From positions 1,824,001 to 1,888,000 of the forward strand of contig OZ244742.1 in assembly GCA_965219415.1 (NCBI GenBank): 64,000 bases of DNA. The letters run 5' to 3'. Each line of letters begins with the position of its first letter. Position 1 is the first letter of the stretch. The DNA comes from Candidatus Marinacidobacterales bacterium. Lineage in GTDB: Bacteria > Acidobacteriota > Vicinamibacteria > Marinacidobacterales > DATDRI01. Below the pieces are notes generated by a model. That model ran no database searches. It was not told the DNA's origin and saw only the letters and a list, made by a program, of their open reading frames with translations. A program made the translations under genes and the position numbers. Positions 43,578 through 54,814 of the stretch are shown here, piece by piece.

Positions 43578-44513
43578 TTGGCGGAAACGCAGGCTGCAAA
43601 CCACGCCCTAGGAGTAAAGTTTTTGACGAAGCCGGGATCGCCCGCGGGTTATGATCGTGACAAGCTCGATCTCTCTTTCGAGTTCTATCCACCCAAGACC
43701 GAGAAGGGCGAGAAGGTCCTCGCCGGGACCGTCGACCGGCTCGCCCAGCTGAATCCGGATTTCGTCTCCGTCACGTTTGGCGCCGGCGGCAGTGTGCGGG
43801 AAGGGACGCTTCAAACCTGTCTCGGTATCGTCAAGCAATCGGGACTCACCACCGCGCCTCATATCTCTTGCGTGGGCTCGACCAGGAAGATTCTGAAGAA
43901 CTACCTCGAGCGCTATCGCGGCGCCGGCTTCAAAAGCCTCTTCGTCTTGCGGGGAGACGTTCCGACTGACAAATCGGCGTCACGAATCGGTGATTTCTCC
44001 CACGCCAACGAGCTGGTGGCCTTCGTCAAGGAGTTCGGAGGGTTCAAGATCAACGTCGGGTGCTATCCGGAGTTTCATCCCGAGTCTCCGGATCCACAGA
44101 GGGACATGGAACACTTCGTTCGCAAGGTGGACGCCGGAGCGGATGTGGCGGTCACCCAGTATTTCTTCAACAACGCTTCCTACTACCGCTTCGTCGAGGA
44201 TGTGCGTCGCATGGGCGTCACGATTCCCATCGTCGTCGGCCTGATGCCCATCGCGAACTATGCTCAGATAGCGAGCTTTTCGGAAAAGTGCGGCGCCGAT
44301 TTGCCTCTTTGGATACGCAAACGCATGGAGGTCTACCAGGACGACCCCCGGTCACAGCTCGAGCTAGGCGTCGAGATCGCGACGGTGCAAGCGGAAGACC
44401 TGCTTCGAAATGGAGCCCCGGGAATCCACTTCTACACGCTCAATAAAGCCGAGGCCTCGGTTCGCGTCTGGGAGCATCTTGGCTTACCCAAGTCTCGAAC
44501 ACCTCGAGGATAA
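43578..44513 (+). CDS. metF: 5,10-methylenetetrahydrofolate reductase
   Basis: SFEFYPPK, SVTFGAGG, LRGD, TQYFF, HFYTLN. Confidence 0.93.
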   Translation: MAETQAANHALGVKFLTKPGSPAGYDRDKLDLSFEFYPPKTEKGEKVLAGTVDRLAQLNPDFVSVTFGAGGSVREGTLQTCLGIVKQSGLTTAPHISCVGSTRKILKNYLERYRGAGFKSLFVLRGDVPTDKSASRIGDFSHANELVAFVKEFGGFKINVGCYPEFHPESPDPQRDMEHFVRKVDAGADVAVTQYFFNNASYYRFVEDVRRMGVTIPIVVGLMPIANYAQIASFSEKCGADLPLWIRKRMEVYQDDPRSQLELGVEIATVQAEDLLRNGAPGIHFYTLNKAEASVRVWEHLGLPKSRTPRG

Positions 44514-44592
44514 GGCTGCGCCCATGATAGACTGAGCGCCGAACGGAAATAGCACGTTCGAGAGCCCTCAGCCCACTGATGAAGGAGATCCA

Positions 44593-45024
44593 ATGAAGGT
44601 CGCCACCATCGTTACCAAGCGCGGAACCATTCGCCTACAACTTCACGACGACAAGGCCCCTCGTACGGTCGCCAACTTCGAAAAGCTCGTCGGCGACGGC
44701 TTCTACAACAAGCTCACGTTTCATCGGGTCATTCCCGATTTCATGGTCCAGGCGGGTTGCCCGCAGGGTACCGGAACCGGCGGGCCAGGCTATACCTTCG
44801 AGGACGAGTTTCACTCTGATCTCAAGCACACCGGCCCAGGTGTGCTCTCGATGGCCAATTCCGGCCCCAACACCAACGGCTCTCAGTTCTTCATCACCCA
44901 CGTACCCACGCCTTGGCTGGACGGCAAGCATTCCGTTTTCGGTCAGGTGCTCTCGGGGCAAGAAGTCGTCGATGCGGTCCAACAGGGGGACGTGATGGAG
45001 AGCGTTGCCGTCGCGGAAGAGTAA
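44593..45024 (+). CDS. ppiA: Cyclophilin-type peptidyl-prolyl isomerase
   Basis: [36 protein letters not shown]. Confidence 0.92.
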   Translation: MKVATIVTKRGTIRLQLHDDKAPRTVANFEKLVGDGFYNKLTFHRVIPDFMVQAGCPQGTGTGGPGYTFEDEFHSDLKHTGPGVLSMANSGPNTNGSQFFITHVPTPWLDGKHSVFGQVLSGQEVVDAVQQGDVMESVAVAEE

Positions 45025-45086
45025 CTCCGAACCAATTCGCTCCTGTTTACCCGGCCGGCCCTTTTCCAATCCTTGAGAAGCCTTCC

Positions 45087-46511
45087 GTGGAAACCGAGAA
45101 CCAGAGCTTGAACACACACCAGAAGGCACTCCGCGTCAACCTCGACAGCAACAAGTACGGAACCTTCGCCGAGATCGGCGCGGGACAAGAAGTCGCACGC
45201 TGGTTCTTCAAAGTCGGGGGAGCCTCGGGGACGATTGCCAAGACCATCAGCGCTTATGATATGGCGTTTAGCGATGCGATTTACGGGACCGCCGATCGTT
45301 ACGTCAGTCGGAGTCGGTTGGTAGCGATGCTGGATCACGAGTACCGGTTGGTCGAAGAGCGATTGCGAGACAAGCGTGGAGAGAGCACCCAGTTCTTCGT
45401 CTTTGCCGACACCGTTACCGCCAGCAGCTATTCGAGGCGAGGTCCCGGTAATGGCTGGCTCGGGGTGCGGTGCTTGATGCAGCCCGGAGCCACTCCCTCT
45501 GAAATCATCATCCACGTACGGTTGCTGGACAAAGACAACCTGCGGCAACAGGAGGCGCTCGGCATCCTGGGCGTCAACCTCGTCTACGGTGCCTTTTATC
45601 TCCATCACGATCCGGGGCTACTACTCGGCTGCTTGCTCGATGGCCTCACGGAAGAGCGGCTGGAAGTGGATATGGTCTCGTTTGGTGGTCCTGCCTTCGA
45701 AGGCGTCGACAACCGGCTCATGAGCTTGCAGTTGGTTCACCGGGGACTCACGGGAGCCGCGATGTTCAACGCCCAGGGTGAGGCGGTGCGGCCGGCGGAC
45801 GTTTGCTATAAAAAGAATGTCCTGGTCGAAAGAGGAAGTTTTCGACCCGTCACCAAGGCCACGCTAGACATGTTTGAACGTGCGCAAAACACGTTCTTCG
45901 CGGAGCCGGGGGTGCGTGAGGACGGGACCGTCGCCATCGCCGAGCTAACGTTGAGAGATCTCGTTCGCAAAGGAGAGATCGACGACGAGGATTTTCTGGA
46001 CCGGGCCGATACGCTCGGCGCCTTGGGGGCAACCGTGCTGATATCCCGCTACGGCCGATACTTTCGCCTCGCGGAGTACCTATTCGCCTTGACCAAGAAG
46101 AAAATCTCCATGGTCATGGGAATTCCAAGCCTGCAGGAGGTCTTCCTAGAAAAATATTACGAGGACCTGGGAGGCGGGATCTTGGAGTCGCTTGGACGCT
46201 TGTTCAAGAACGAACTCAAGCTTTATATCTACCCGGCTATCGACGATACGACTGGGGACGTCATCACGGCGGAGACACTTCAGGTCGAACCCCATTTGCG
46301 GCACCTATATGCCCACCTGTACGAAGATCACGGCATCGAAGACCTAAAGGGGTGCAACCTGAAGTATCTACCGATCTTCCCGGCCGATGTCATGGAAAAG
46401 ATCCAAGACGGCGATCCTTCGTGGGAGGATATGGTCCCTGGCAAGGTCGCCGAGTTAATCAAAGAACGCGGAATGTTCTCTTATTCTGCTTCCCCGGATA
46501 AGAAAAATTAG
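45087..46511 (+). CDS. Conserved protein with nucleotidyltransferase-like C-terminal domain
   Basis: YGTFAEIGAGQEVAR N-terminus; ERGSFRPVT; WEDMVP...I C-terminus. Confidence 0.75.
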   Translation: METENQSLNTHQKALRVNLDSNKYGTFAEIGAGQEVARWFFKVGGASGTIAKTISAYDMAFSDAIYGTADRYVSRSRLVAMLDHEYRLVEERLRDKRGESTQFFVFADTVTASSYSRRGPGNGWLGVRCLMQPGATPSEIIIHVRLLDKDNLRQQEALGILGVNLVYGAFYLHHDPGLLLGCLLDGLTEERLEVDMVSFGGPAFEGVDNRLMSLQLVHRGLTGAAMFNAQGEAVRPADVCYKKNVLVERGSFRPVTKATLDMFERAQNTFFAEPGVREDGTVAIAELTLRDLVRKGEIDDEDFLDRADTLGALGATVLISRYGRYFRLAEYLFALTKKKISMVMGIPSLQEVFLEKYYEDLGGGILESLGRLFKNELKLYIYPAIDDTTGDVITAETLQVEPHLRHLYAHLYEDHGIEDLKGCNLKYLPIFPADVMEKIQDGDPSWEDMVPGKVAELIKERGMFSYSASPDKKN

Positions 46512-46539
46512 AACGGATCGCGAGGGAGTCGTTTCTTCG

Positions 46540-47319
46540 GTGGACGGTGTGCCCATCCGCTATCACGCCGAGGGCGAAGGCGCACCGGCTTTGGTGTTCG
46601 TTCACTGTTGGACGTGTGACTGTCACTTTTGGGACCACCAGGTGGCACACTTCGCGAAACGGTATCGCGTCGTCACCCTGGACCTAGCCGGTCATGGTCA
46701 CTCCGGTCGCAACCGGGAAGACTGGACCATGTCCGCCTTTGGCAACGATGTCCGCGCGGTGATCGACTTCCTGAAATTAGAACGCTTGGTTCTGATCGGA
46801 CACTCGATGGGCGGACCGGTGGTCCTGGAGGCGGCGCGTGGGGTTCCGGAGGAGCGGCTGGCCGGGGTGATCCCCGTCGACTCACTTCACGATCTCAGCG
46901 AGACCTTAGACGCGTCGACCATCGACGAACAGCTTCAGAAATTCAACCGCGACTACAAGCTGGCCACCGCGCGGTTGGTCCGGGAAGTCCTCCTTCTCCC
47001 CTCTTCGGATCCTATGCTCGTCGAGCGGGTCGTCCGGAACGCAACATCGGCGCCGGAGAGGATCGCGATCTCGGCGTTACGAAACGCCTGGGCCTACGAC
47101 GCACGGCAAGCGTTGGGAGGGCTCCGCGCCCCCATGCGAGCCATCAACACCGACCGCTTCCCCACCAACCTGGAGGCGAATCGGCAACTATGCCGCGACT
47201 ACGACGTTGTGATCATGGAGGGCCTGGGTCACTATCCGATGCTGGAAGACCCACAACGCTTCAACCAAGCTCTCGAAAGCGCATTGACGGGGCTCGAGCT
47301 CCGAGCCAACGGAGGTTAA
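46540..47319 (+). CDS. Alpha/beta hydrolase
   Basis: DLAGHG, GHSMGG, GHYPMLE. Confidence 0.88.
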   Translation: MDGVPIRYHAEGEGAPALVFVHCWTCDCHFWDHQVAHFAKRYRVVTLDLAGHGHSGRNREDWTMSAFGNDVRAVIDFLKLERLVLIGHSMGGPVVLEAARGVPEERLAGVIPVDSLHDLSETLDASTIDEQLQKFNRDYKLATARLVREVLLLPSSDPMLVERVVRNATSAPERIAISALRNAWAYDARQALGGLRAPMRAINTDRFPTNLEANRQLCRDYDVVIMEGLGHYPMLEDPQRFNQALESALTGLELRANGG

Positions 47320-47322
47320 ACG

Positions 47323-47697
47323 ATGAGATACAGCCTGGCGGCAGTTCTCCTCCTTCTCACATTGGCTTGCGATGAAACGCTGGATCGAAGCTCTACGAAG
47401 CAACCGGCCCCGCGGAAGCAAGAAAGCGAGGAGACCGGCCGGGTCTCGATTAGCGGCAACTCGACCGCCACCGAGGGGGAACCGATCAAACTGACCGCCA
47501 AGGTCACCAACGCAACCGGCAGCCTGGACTACGATTGGAGGCTAGAAGGTCGCGGCTCCTTGGTGAGCCGGCAATCGGATTCGAAGCACGCGACCGTGAT
47601 CGCGTCAAGCTCGGGAACTCTCTTCGTCACCCTGACCGTGTCCGAGAACGGCGTCGAAATCGGCAGTGCCCGCTTAACTCTCAGGAGCACCGACTGA
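47323..47697 (+). CDS. Hypothetical lipoprotein with Ig-like domain
   Basis: RBS GGAGG, lipobox TLAC, beta-rich remainder. Confidence 0.7.
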   Translation: MRYSLAAVLLLLTLACDETLDRSSTKQPAPRKQESEETGRVSISGNSTATEGEPIKLTAKVTNATGSLDYDWRLEGRGSLVSRQSDSKHATVIASSSGTLFVTLTVSENGVEIGSARLTLRSTD

Positions 47698-49243
47698 GCC
47701 TTCGGCGAGCGAGAGCTCTTGCTCGATTCCCACGACCGATCGTCCATTGCTGTTTCGCAGATAAACTTCGACCGCTTTGTTCCAGTTAGGCTCCTTTTCG
47801 CTCCGGGTACGGATGCGAACCATAAGGTAGTCCGCGCGGGTCTTCCCCACGGGGGGAATCGGGAGGCTCGGCTCGACCGACTCCCCTGACTCCCCTTTCA
47901 GGCCCAGCGGCGTGGCCTTCGAAGCCGCGTTATCGAACACGAACCACTCGTATTCGTAGGCTTGGACGTCCGCCAGGCCCTCACCTAGATTCCGAAATTC
48001 GAGCCTCGAACCGTTCACGCGGAAGCCATCCAAGGGGTTCAGCTGCCGAAAGTAGTGGGCGACTATCTTGTCACGACGCTGAATGATGATATCGGCGAGA
48101 AAACGCTCCGACTCGGGGTTCAGGTAGATCCCCCGGTGAACGATGGCACGGCGAACTGGGGGTAGGAATATTTCACGCTCATCCAAGGCCGTTCCCAGAC
48201 GCCGAATGTGTAGGCCGTCTTCAGCATCGGCGGGATCTCCAGCAAGTATTCGTTACCCGCCCGAGGATCTTGAGGCGAGATGTTTCGCTTGACGTCGGAG
48301 CCGCTACCCAGAATCGAACCGAAGTCGATTGAGATAATGTTTCACGAAACCGGAGCCTTCCTCCTGGACAAAACTATCCATCGTGTTGATGCTTCGGGAA
48401 TCGTCGTGATTGAGCCAGGCACAGAAGACCCGGTAGCCGCGAAGCTCTCGGCGGTGCTGGTGCGGGAAGATGTCGTTGCCATCGTCGCTTCGCGTCCCGT
48501 AAAACTAGAACGGCCCGAGAAGTTTACCCGGAAGCATGAGACTCGCGACGGCACGGATGCTGCCATCCGGATGGTGAGCCACCTGCTCGAGCATGAACTC
48601 GACGTACTCCTCGTCGAGGGGTGCCTTCTTACCGCCGGACAGCGATACCTCGGCACCCGCTTCGATCGAAAAGTCTTCGGGCCGAAAATAGACGATGTAG
48701 TTCTCCGGCACGTTGTAGCCAAAGGCGTGGAAAAACAATTTGCCGATGACGTCCACCGAGGTGGACAAGTTGGGATCAGCTCTCGGATCGAACTTGATGA
48801 AGTAGACGTTGCCGCGGCGATCTCGGGCGATGCCCCCGGGAGTGATCCCACCTTGCTTTCCGGACGTGATCGTCATTGGCTCCGAAAGATCGGGACGGCC
48901 GACTCGGTTGGGTCCGCGAAGCAACTCTTCAATGGCCAGGGTGCGGACCCCCATGCGGTTGGTGAACCAGCTGGAGTCGGGGACTTGGGCGATCGTGTTG
49001 ACGTTCATCGCCCTCGGAACAGGTCCCTCGAGTTTGTTCACGAAGGAATTTTCCAAAATGTCGTAAGTAGGGCTGAGCTCTAGCTCTGCTGGCTCAGGGA
49101 TGGGTAGATTGTCCCGGTCCCGGTTTTCCTTGATCGGGTCATCGGGATAAAACTTCTGAGCGTGAACGACGGCCGCCGGTGAGAACAATCGCGAGCCCCG
49201 CCACTGCTACAGGCTCGATAAGGCGAATCGATCTCATTACCAT
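47674..49243 (-). pseudogene. Secreted atypical kinase-like protein, disrupted
   Basis: Signal peptide, QKFYPDDP, GGITPG..IKFD, HDDSRSIN, YLIDFGS; frameshifts near 49190 and 48330, TAG 48505, probable deletion near 48160. Confidence 0.65.
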
Positions 49244-49247
49244 CTCC

Positions 49248-49537
49248 TCAAAAGGAAGCCGACGAACGAAAGAGAAAACGCCAGGTCTCATCACTCCAGG
49301 CCACATCCATCCTGATAAGCACAGACTGAAAGTTCTTGAAACGAAGGCCAAAGCCGTAATCCCACTTGAGAGTGGAGAAGTCCAAGTCTCCCCGGGGTGC
49401 GCTCACCGTACCGGTATCGGCAAATAGGGCGAGCTCCCATATCTGATTGGCCTCCCATCGGTACTCCAACTGGTAGAGCATCGCCTTCGGCCCTTGGAAG
49501 CGAAAGCTATTGAAACCCCGCAGCGTGTGGCTTCCCC
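49248..49537 (-). pseudogene. C-terminal fragment of Omp85 (BamA/TamA) family beta-barrel
   Basis: TLRGF, EYRW, FADTG, YGFGLR, terminal Phe. Confidence 0.75.
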
Positions 49538-49881
49538 TGTCTTACTCTTCTCGAGGATCTCATCAATCCTCCTACTACATCGGTCCATGTTGTCCATGGT
49601 ACTTTTGAACGCACCAACTGGAGTATTGATTTCATGACCAACGCCGGCGGTAAGTTTTCCAAGTGCCGCCATCTTTTCAGATTGAACCAATTGGGCCTGC
49701 GTTTCGCGAATTTCTTTTGTTTTTTCGGCTACCTGAATCTCAAGTTTTTTCCTTTTGGGCTTCAATATTTCTTATCCTCATTCTATACGAGCCAATACGA
49801 GCCAAACGCAATTCCCAGTACGGAAGCTGGACTTGACCCGCTTTCGTGGACACCTAATCCTTTGGGAGACAGGAGTCCACG

Positions 49882-50196
49882 ATGTCAAAGCAGGGAAACA
49901 GATACGCGGCCGAATTCCGGCGCCAAATGGTAGAGCTGGTGCGAGCTGGCCGCGGCTCCGAAGAGCTGGCGCGAGAGTTTGAGCCCTCGGGCCAGACGAT
50001 CCGTAACTGGGTGAACCAGGCGGATCTCGACGAGGGTCGCAGGCAGGACGGTCTGACGAGTGAGGAGCGTGCGGAACTCCGCCGCCTGCGACGGGAGAAC
50101 CGTCAACTACGGTTGGAGCGGGAGATCCTCTCAAAAGCCGCGGCCTGGTTCGCTCGGGAGACCGAGTCGGTACCACCGAAGCCTTCCGATTCGTGA
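49882..50196 (+). CDS. IS3 transposase OrfA
   Basis: HTH plus ELRRLRRENRQL..EREIL.KAAAWF. Confidence 0.92.
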   Translation: MSKQGNRYAAEFRRQMVELVRAGRGSEELAREFEPSGQTIRNWVNQADLDEGRRQDGLTSEERAELRRLRRENRQLRLEREILSKAAAWFARETESVPPKPSDS

Positions 50197-51044
50197 GGGC
50201 GAACCAGGATTCACTACCGGTTGCCACGATGTGCCGACTGCTGGACGTCTCCGCCAGCGGCTACTATGCGTGGCTTGAGCGTGCCCCGTCGGCCCGCGCG
50301 GTGTCGGATGCGGAGTTGCTTGAGAAGATCCGGGCGATTCACACCGCGTCGCGGAGCACGTACGGCGCGCCGAGGATCCTCCACGAGCTACGAGAGACAC
50401 ACGAGCTCCACGTCTCACGCAAGCGTGTAGCGCGGCTAATGCGCGAGGCTGGCATTCAAGGTGTTCACCGGCGCAAGAGGGCGCACACTACGATTCGCTG
50501 TGACGACGCCCGTCCCGCCCCCGATCTCGTCGACAGGAATTTCGAGGTGGACCGGCCCGACCGCCTGTGGGTCGCCGATATCACCTACGTGCCCACGTGG
50601 TCGGGCTTCTTGTTCCTCGCCGTCGTGCTGGACGCCTTCAGCCGACGCATCGTCGGATGGGCAATGGCTACCCACCTGCGGACGTCGCTCGTCTTGAGCG
50701 CCCTCGACATGGCGCTGTTCCAACGCAAGCCCGGCGACGTCATCCATCACTCGGACCAGGGCACGCAGTACACGTCACTAGCGTTCGGCCAGCGATGCCG
50801 GGAGGCCGGGGTGCGACCGTCGATGGGTTCGGTCGGGGACTGTTACGACAATGCGATGTGCGAGAGCTTCTTCGCGACGCTCGAGTGCGAGCTGATCGAG
50901 CGCCGGTCGTTTCGCTACCACGCTGAGGCGCGCATGGCGACCTTCGATTTCATCGAAGGCTGGTACAACCCGCGACGACGACACTCCGCCATCGACTATT
51001 GCTCGCCTATCCAATTCGAAAGGAGGTACTATCGCGACGCTTGA
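50193..51044 (+). CDS. IS3 transposase OrfB (DDE)
   Basis: WVADITY, HSDQGTQY, DNAMCESFF. Confidence 0.93.
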   Translation: MRANQDSLPVATMCRLLDVSASGYYAWLERAPSARAVSDAELLEKIRAIHTASRSTYGAPRILHELRETHELHVSRKRVARLMREAGIQGVHRRKRAHTTIRCDDARPAPDLVDRNFEVDRPDRLWVADITYVPTWSGFLFLAVVLDAFSRRIVGWAMATHLRTSLVLSALDMALFQRKPGDVIHHSDQGTQYTSLAFGQRCREAGVRPSMGSVGDCYDNAMCESFFATLECELIERRSFRYHAEARMATFDFIEGWYNPRRRHSAIDYCSPIQFERRYYRDA

Positions 51045-51570
51045 TCCCTAACTCTTAACCTGTCCACGAAAGCGGGGTCACTTCAAAGCAGCTGCGACAA
51101 TTCTAAACCACCAGGTCTGTCAAAATGGGGGGGTAATGGTTATCTCTAAGGACGTTCCTTCCTCATTCCACACCCCATCACTGTTCGAGCCCCTAACCCG
51201 AAAAACGTACTGTCCAGGATCTAAATTCGTGTAGGTGCTGAATCGCCGGGCCCCTGATTGGATCCAATCATCGTCGAAACCTTCCATCGTATACGCGTAT
51301 TGATTCTTGGCTGGATTCGTATAGTGCAAGGCAGCAAACTCGAACGAAAAGACGTTCTCTTCATGGGAGAGAACAATCTCCTCGGTTTCGGTAATATGCT
51401 TTTCTAGGAGTGAATCGGGATCGGTCCCTAAGGCTACCGATTGATTGAATATCAGAAAATCAGTAATAACGATCGGTGGAGCATGGGGGTTACCTTCGAC
51501 GCTGTCAGGATAAAAAGCATTGAAGCCATTGACGCCCCCGAAAAACACTTCGCCACTTATTCGACTCTTG

Positions 51571-52430
51571 TGAACCGCCCCGGGTTTTCCGGAGACTGTT
51601 TTAGTTGAGTCTCGCCATCTCCAGCGAGCCTTCCTGCGACCGATAGTAGTTCATCTCGTACTCGACGGGGGCGACATTTCCGATCGGCTCCAAGAGTCGT
51701 TGCGTGTTGTACCAATGCACCCACTCGAGGGTGGCGAACTCAACGTCTTCGAGACCACGCCAGGGCCCACGTCGACGGATCACCTCGGTCTTGTAGAGGC
51801 CGATGATGGATTCAGCCAAAGCGTTATCGTAAGAGTCGCCTCGGCTGCCGACGGACGGCTCAATGCCCGCCTCGGCGAGCCGCTCGGTGTAACGGGTCGA
51901 GACGTACTGCACGCCGCGATCGCTGTGATGCACCAATGGATCTTCTGGGTTTAGTCGGCGCTCGTGCAGCGCCTGCTCCAACGCATCGAGAGCGATGCCG
52001 GCAGTCAACGATGTCGTCGCTCGCCAACCGACGATGAGTCGAGCGAAGACGTCGATGACGAAGGCGACATACACGAAGCCGCGCCACGTGGCGATGTAGG
52101 TCAGGTCCGAAACCCAGAGCTCGTTCGGGCGTGTGGCGTTGAAGTCGCGCTCCACGAGGTCCATCGGGCGAGCGCCGCTCGAATCCGGCTTCGTCGTCTT
52201 GAATCGACGTCCACGGACCGCCCCCTGGAGACCCATTTCACGCATCAGACGGGCCACCGTGCATCGAGCCACGTCGCGGCCCTCACGGCACAGCTGACGC
52301 CAGACCTTGCGCACGCCATACACGTCAAAGTTATCTTGCCGTACACCACGAATCTCGCCGCGGAGTTGGACGTCGCGCTTCGCTCTCGCTGGCTGGCGGC
52401 TTGGGTCCTTCTCTCTCGCTTTCTGCTCGT
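51571..52430 (-). mobile_element. Truncated IS3-family element (IS51/IS629-like), right end plus most of OrfB
   Basis: TGAACCGCCCCGGGTTTTCCGGAGACT end; nearly identical to the reverse complement of the right part of 59352-60668; stops abruptly at 52430. Confidence 0.92.
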
Positions 52431-52460
52431 CACCGGAGAAGCATGACTTGGCGCGGGCTA

Positions 52461-53462
52461 TTATAGATCGAGAGCGTAGTAGGCGGCGCCGATGAGCGGA
52501 GCTCGAGGATTGAGTGCCACACAAACGCGCATGCTGTGGACCAACTCCGTGAAGCGCCCCTTGTCTCGATAGCCATCCATGAAATACCCCGTCTGCAACG
52601 CCGGAAGGATCTTAGGGGCGATTCCCCCACCGATGAAAACGCCGCCCATGGCTATGCACTTGAGGGCCAAGTTGGAGGCTTCCGCCCCGTAGATGTTAGA
52701 GAACAACTCGAGGGTCCGAACGCTCAAGGGATCCTTGTCCTCGAGGCCAGCCTTGGTGACGACGGCGCTGGGGTCATCCACTTTGAGTCGGTCCGCCATC
52801 CACTCCGGCTCGGGAGCGTAACCCGTATCCCGGAGAAAGCAATAAACGTTGAAGAATCCAGGACCGGAGAGCACGCGCTCGTAGCTGACATGGCCGCCAT
52901 GTTTCTCGCGCAGATACTTCAGCAGCTCGACCTCTCCGTCGGTTCGCGGGGCAAAATCGGCGTGCCCCCCCTCTGAGGCGATGACATGGTGGCGCTTACC
53001 ATCCCAAAACAGCATCGCTTCACCGAGGCCGGTGCCCGCCGCGACCACCGCGACGTTGCCCTTCCGTCCAGGGTCTCTGCCCCGGTTCAGTTCGTAGAGC
53101 TCATCATCCCGCAAATGCAGCATGCCATAGGCGGCTGCTTCCAGATCGTTGATGAGCCTGGTTTGAGGAACTGCCAACGTCTCCGCTATGTCTTGCTCGT
53201 CGACGTGCCATGGCAGGTTGGTGGGGTCGCTCTTTCCATCGATGACTGCACCCGCGATTCCAAAACACGCGGCCTGGATGGGTGGCGTCTCGTCTTCTCG
53301 AAGAAATTTTGCGAGGATCTCTTCGAGTGCGCCGTGCTCTTGGCTCGCGAATACCGACTCGCGAATCTCCACCAAACCCTCTACGGTGTCTTTTAAGAGG
53401 GTGACGACCGTCTTCGTCCCACCGATGTCGCCCGCAAGAATATGGCGGCGCCCCTTGGTCAT
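52461..53462 (-). CDS. glk: Glucokinase
   Basis: [30 protein letters not shown]. Confidence 0.93.
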   Translation of the reverse strand: MTKGRRHILAGDIGGTKTVVTLLKDTVEGLVEIRESVFASQEHGALEEILAKFLREDETPPIQAACFGIAGAVIDGKSDPTNLPWHVDEQDIAETLAVPQTRLINDLEAAAYGMLHLRDDELYELNRGRDPGRKGNVAVVAAGTGLGEAMLFWDGKRHHVIASEGGHADFAPRTDGEVELLKYLREKHGGHVSYERVLSGPGFFNVYCFLRDTGYAPEPEWMADRLKVDDPSAVVTKAGLEDKDPLSVRTLELFSNIYGAEASNLALKCIAMGGVFIGGGIAPKILPALQTGYFMDGYRDKGRFTELVHSMRVCVALNPRAPLIGAAYYALDL

Positions 53463-54142
53463 CCCAGGCGCGAATCCCGGACGCTATCGCGCAAACGATC
53501 CATAGCGGCACCAACGCCGTCTTTGGCGCCGAAAACGGCGGAGCCGGCAACGAGGACGCGGGCACCGGCCGCGACCACTTTGGGCGCGCTGGTGGCGTCG
53601 ATCCCCCCATCGACTTCGAGCTGACACTCCGGATTCGCTTGATCAATCATCTGACGAATTCTTTGAATCTTCGGTAGCGTGCTGGCAATGAATTTCTGCC
53701 CACCGAATCCTGGGTTCACCGTCATCACCAGCACCTGGTCGACATCGGGAAGGATCTCCTCGATCAACGCCACCGGCGTCGCCGGGTTCAGAACCACTCC
53801 CGCACCAATGCCCAACGATTTGATATGACCAATGGTTCGATGGAGGTGTGTTGCGCCCTCTACGTGAACCAAGAGGGACGTCGAGCCGGCCCCCGCGAAG
53901 GCCTCCACATATCTCTCGGGGTGCTCAATCATTAAATGCGTTTCTAGGGGAAGTTTTGTAACTCGTCGGAGGGCCCGAACGACCACGGGGCCGATTGTAA
54001 TATTCGGAACGAAATGACCGTCCATGACATCGACATGGATCCGATCGGCGCCCACCGACTCCGCCTCCTCGACCTGCTCACCGAGACGCGTAAAATCGGC
54101 CGAGAGGATAGAAGGAGCTAGCTCAACCGTCGGATCACCCAC
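53459..54142 (-). CDS. rpe: Ribulose-phosphate 3-epimerase
   Basis: [37 protein letters not shown]. Confidence 0.95.
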   Translation of the reverse strand: MGDPTVELAPSILSADFTRLGEQVEEAESVGADRIHVDVMDGHFVPNITIGPVVVRALRRVTKLPLETHLMIEHPERYVEAFAGAGSTSLLVHVEGATHLHRTIGHIKSLGIGAGVVLNPATPVALIEEILPDVDQVLVMTVNPGFGGQKFIASTLPKIQRIRQMIDQANPECQLEVDGGIDATSAPKVVAAGARVLVAGSAVFGAKDGVGAAMDRLRDSVRDSRLG

Positions 54143-54794
54143 GTTGTCGCTCTTCGACATCGGCACCTCTCTGGATCAGAACCGTATCGACCATCCCTAG
54201 AAAAAGTCCACTCCCCACGACACCGGGGATGGAAAGGATCTCCCCCTCGAGTCCGGCAGGGTTCGCTATCGGACCGACCCCGCAATCGAGGATGCAGTTC
54301 CCGTTGTCGGTTTCGAGCGCCTTTCCGTTTTTCATCCGTAGCTCGGGTCGCAAACCCAATGCTTCGAGTCGCCGACGTCCTAGGCTCGCCCCGAACGACA
54401 CGACCTCGACCGGCAGCCGGCCGCGATCCCCGAGCACCTTGACCTCTTTCTCGGCGCCGACCAAGATCACGAGGCGCTTACTGGAGGCGGCCACGATCTT
54501 CTCACGCACCAGGGCACCCCCGTAACCCTTGATGAGGTCGAGTTGCGGATCGACCTCATCGGCGCCATCTATCGTGAGATCGAGCTCGCCTGCTTCTTCG
54601 AGAGTCACGAGCGGGATCCCGAGCTCGGTCGCCAAATCCGCCGTCGCCTGCGAAGTCGGAACGCCGGTGACTCTCAGACCGCTTTGGACACGCTCACCGA
54701 GACCACGCACGAACGCGGTTGCGGCCTTTCCGGTACCGAGCCCTACGACATTACCGTCTTCTACCGCTTCCAGCGCGCGTTCGGCGTTGGTCAT
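54135..54794 (-). CDS. rpiA: Ribose-5-phosphate isomerase A
   Basis: [23 protein letters not shown]. Confidence 0.95.
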   Translation of the reverse strand: MTNAERALEAVEDGNVVGLGTGKAATAFVRGLGERVQSGLRVTGVPTSQATADLATELGIPLVTLEEAGELDLTIDGADEVDPQLDLIKGYGGALVREKIVAASSKRLVILVGAEKEVKVLGDRGRLPVEVVSFGASLGRRRLEALGLRPELRMKNGKALETDNGNCILDCGVGPIANPAGLEGEILSIPGVVGSGLFLGMVDTVLIQRGADVEERQRG

Positions 54795-54814
54795 TTAATC
54801 CTTTCGGCGCGGAA

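Larger units (their letters stand above)
49828..51085 (+). mobile_element. Complete IS3-family insertion sequence (1258 bp) with 4-bp target duplication AAGC
   Basis: IRL TGGACTTGACCCGCTTTCGTGGACA, IRR TGTCCACGAAAGCGGGGTCACTTCA, AAGC on both flanks. Confidence 0.95.
49538..51570 (-). pseudogene. AT-rich sensor histidine kinase relic (Y_Y_Y domain, TM, HisKA), interrupted by IS3
   Basis: FAALHY..YAY..YTNLDPG.Y.F, PPF(TGA), QLVQSEKMAALG..HEINTP; 10-bp tandem duplication and frameshift. Confidence 0.8.
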
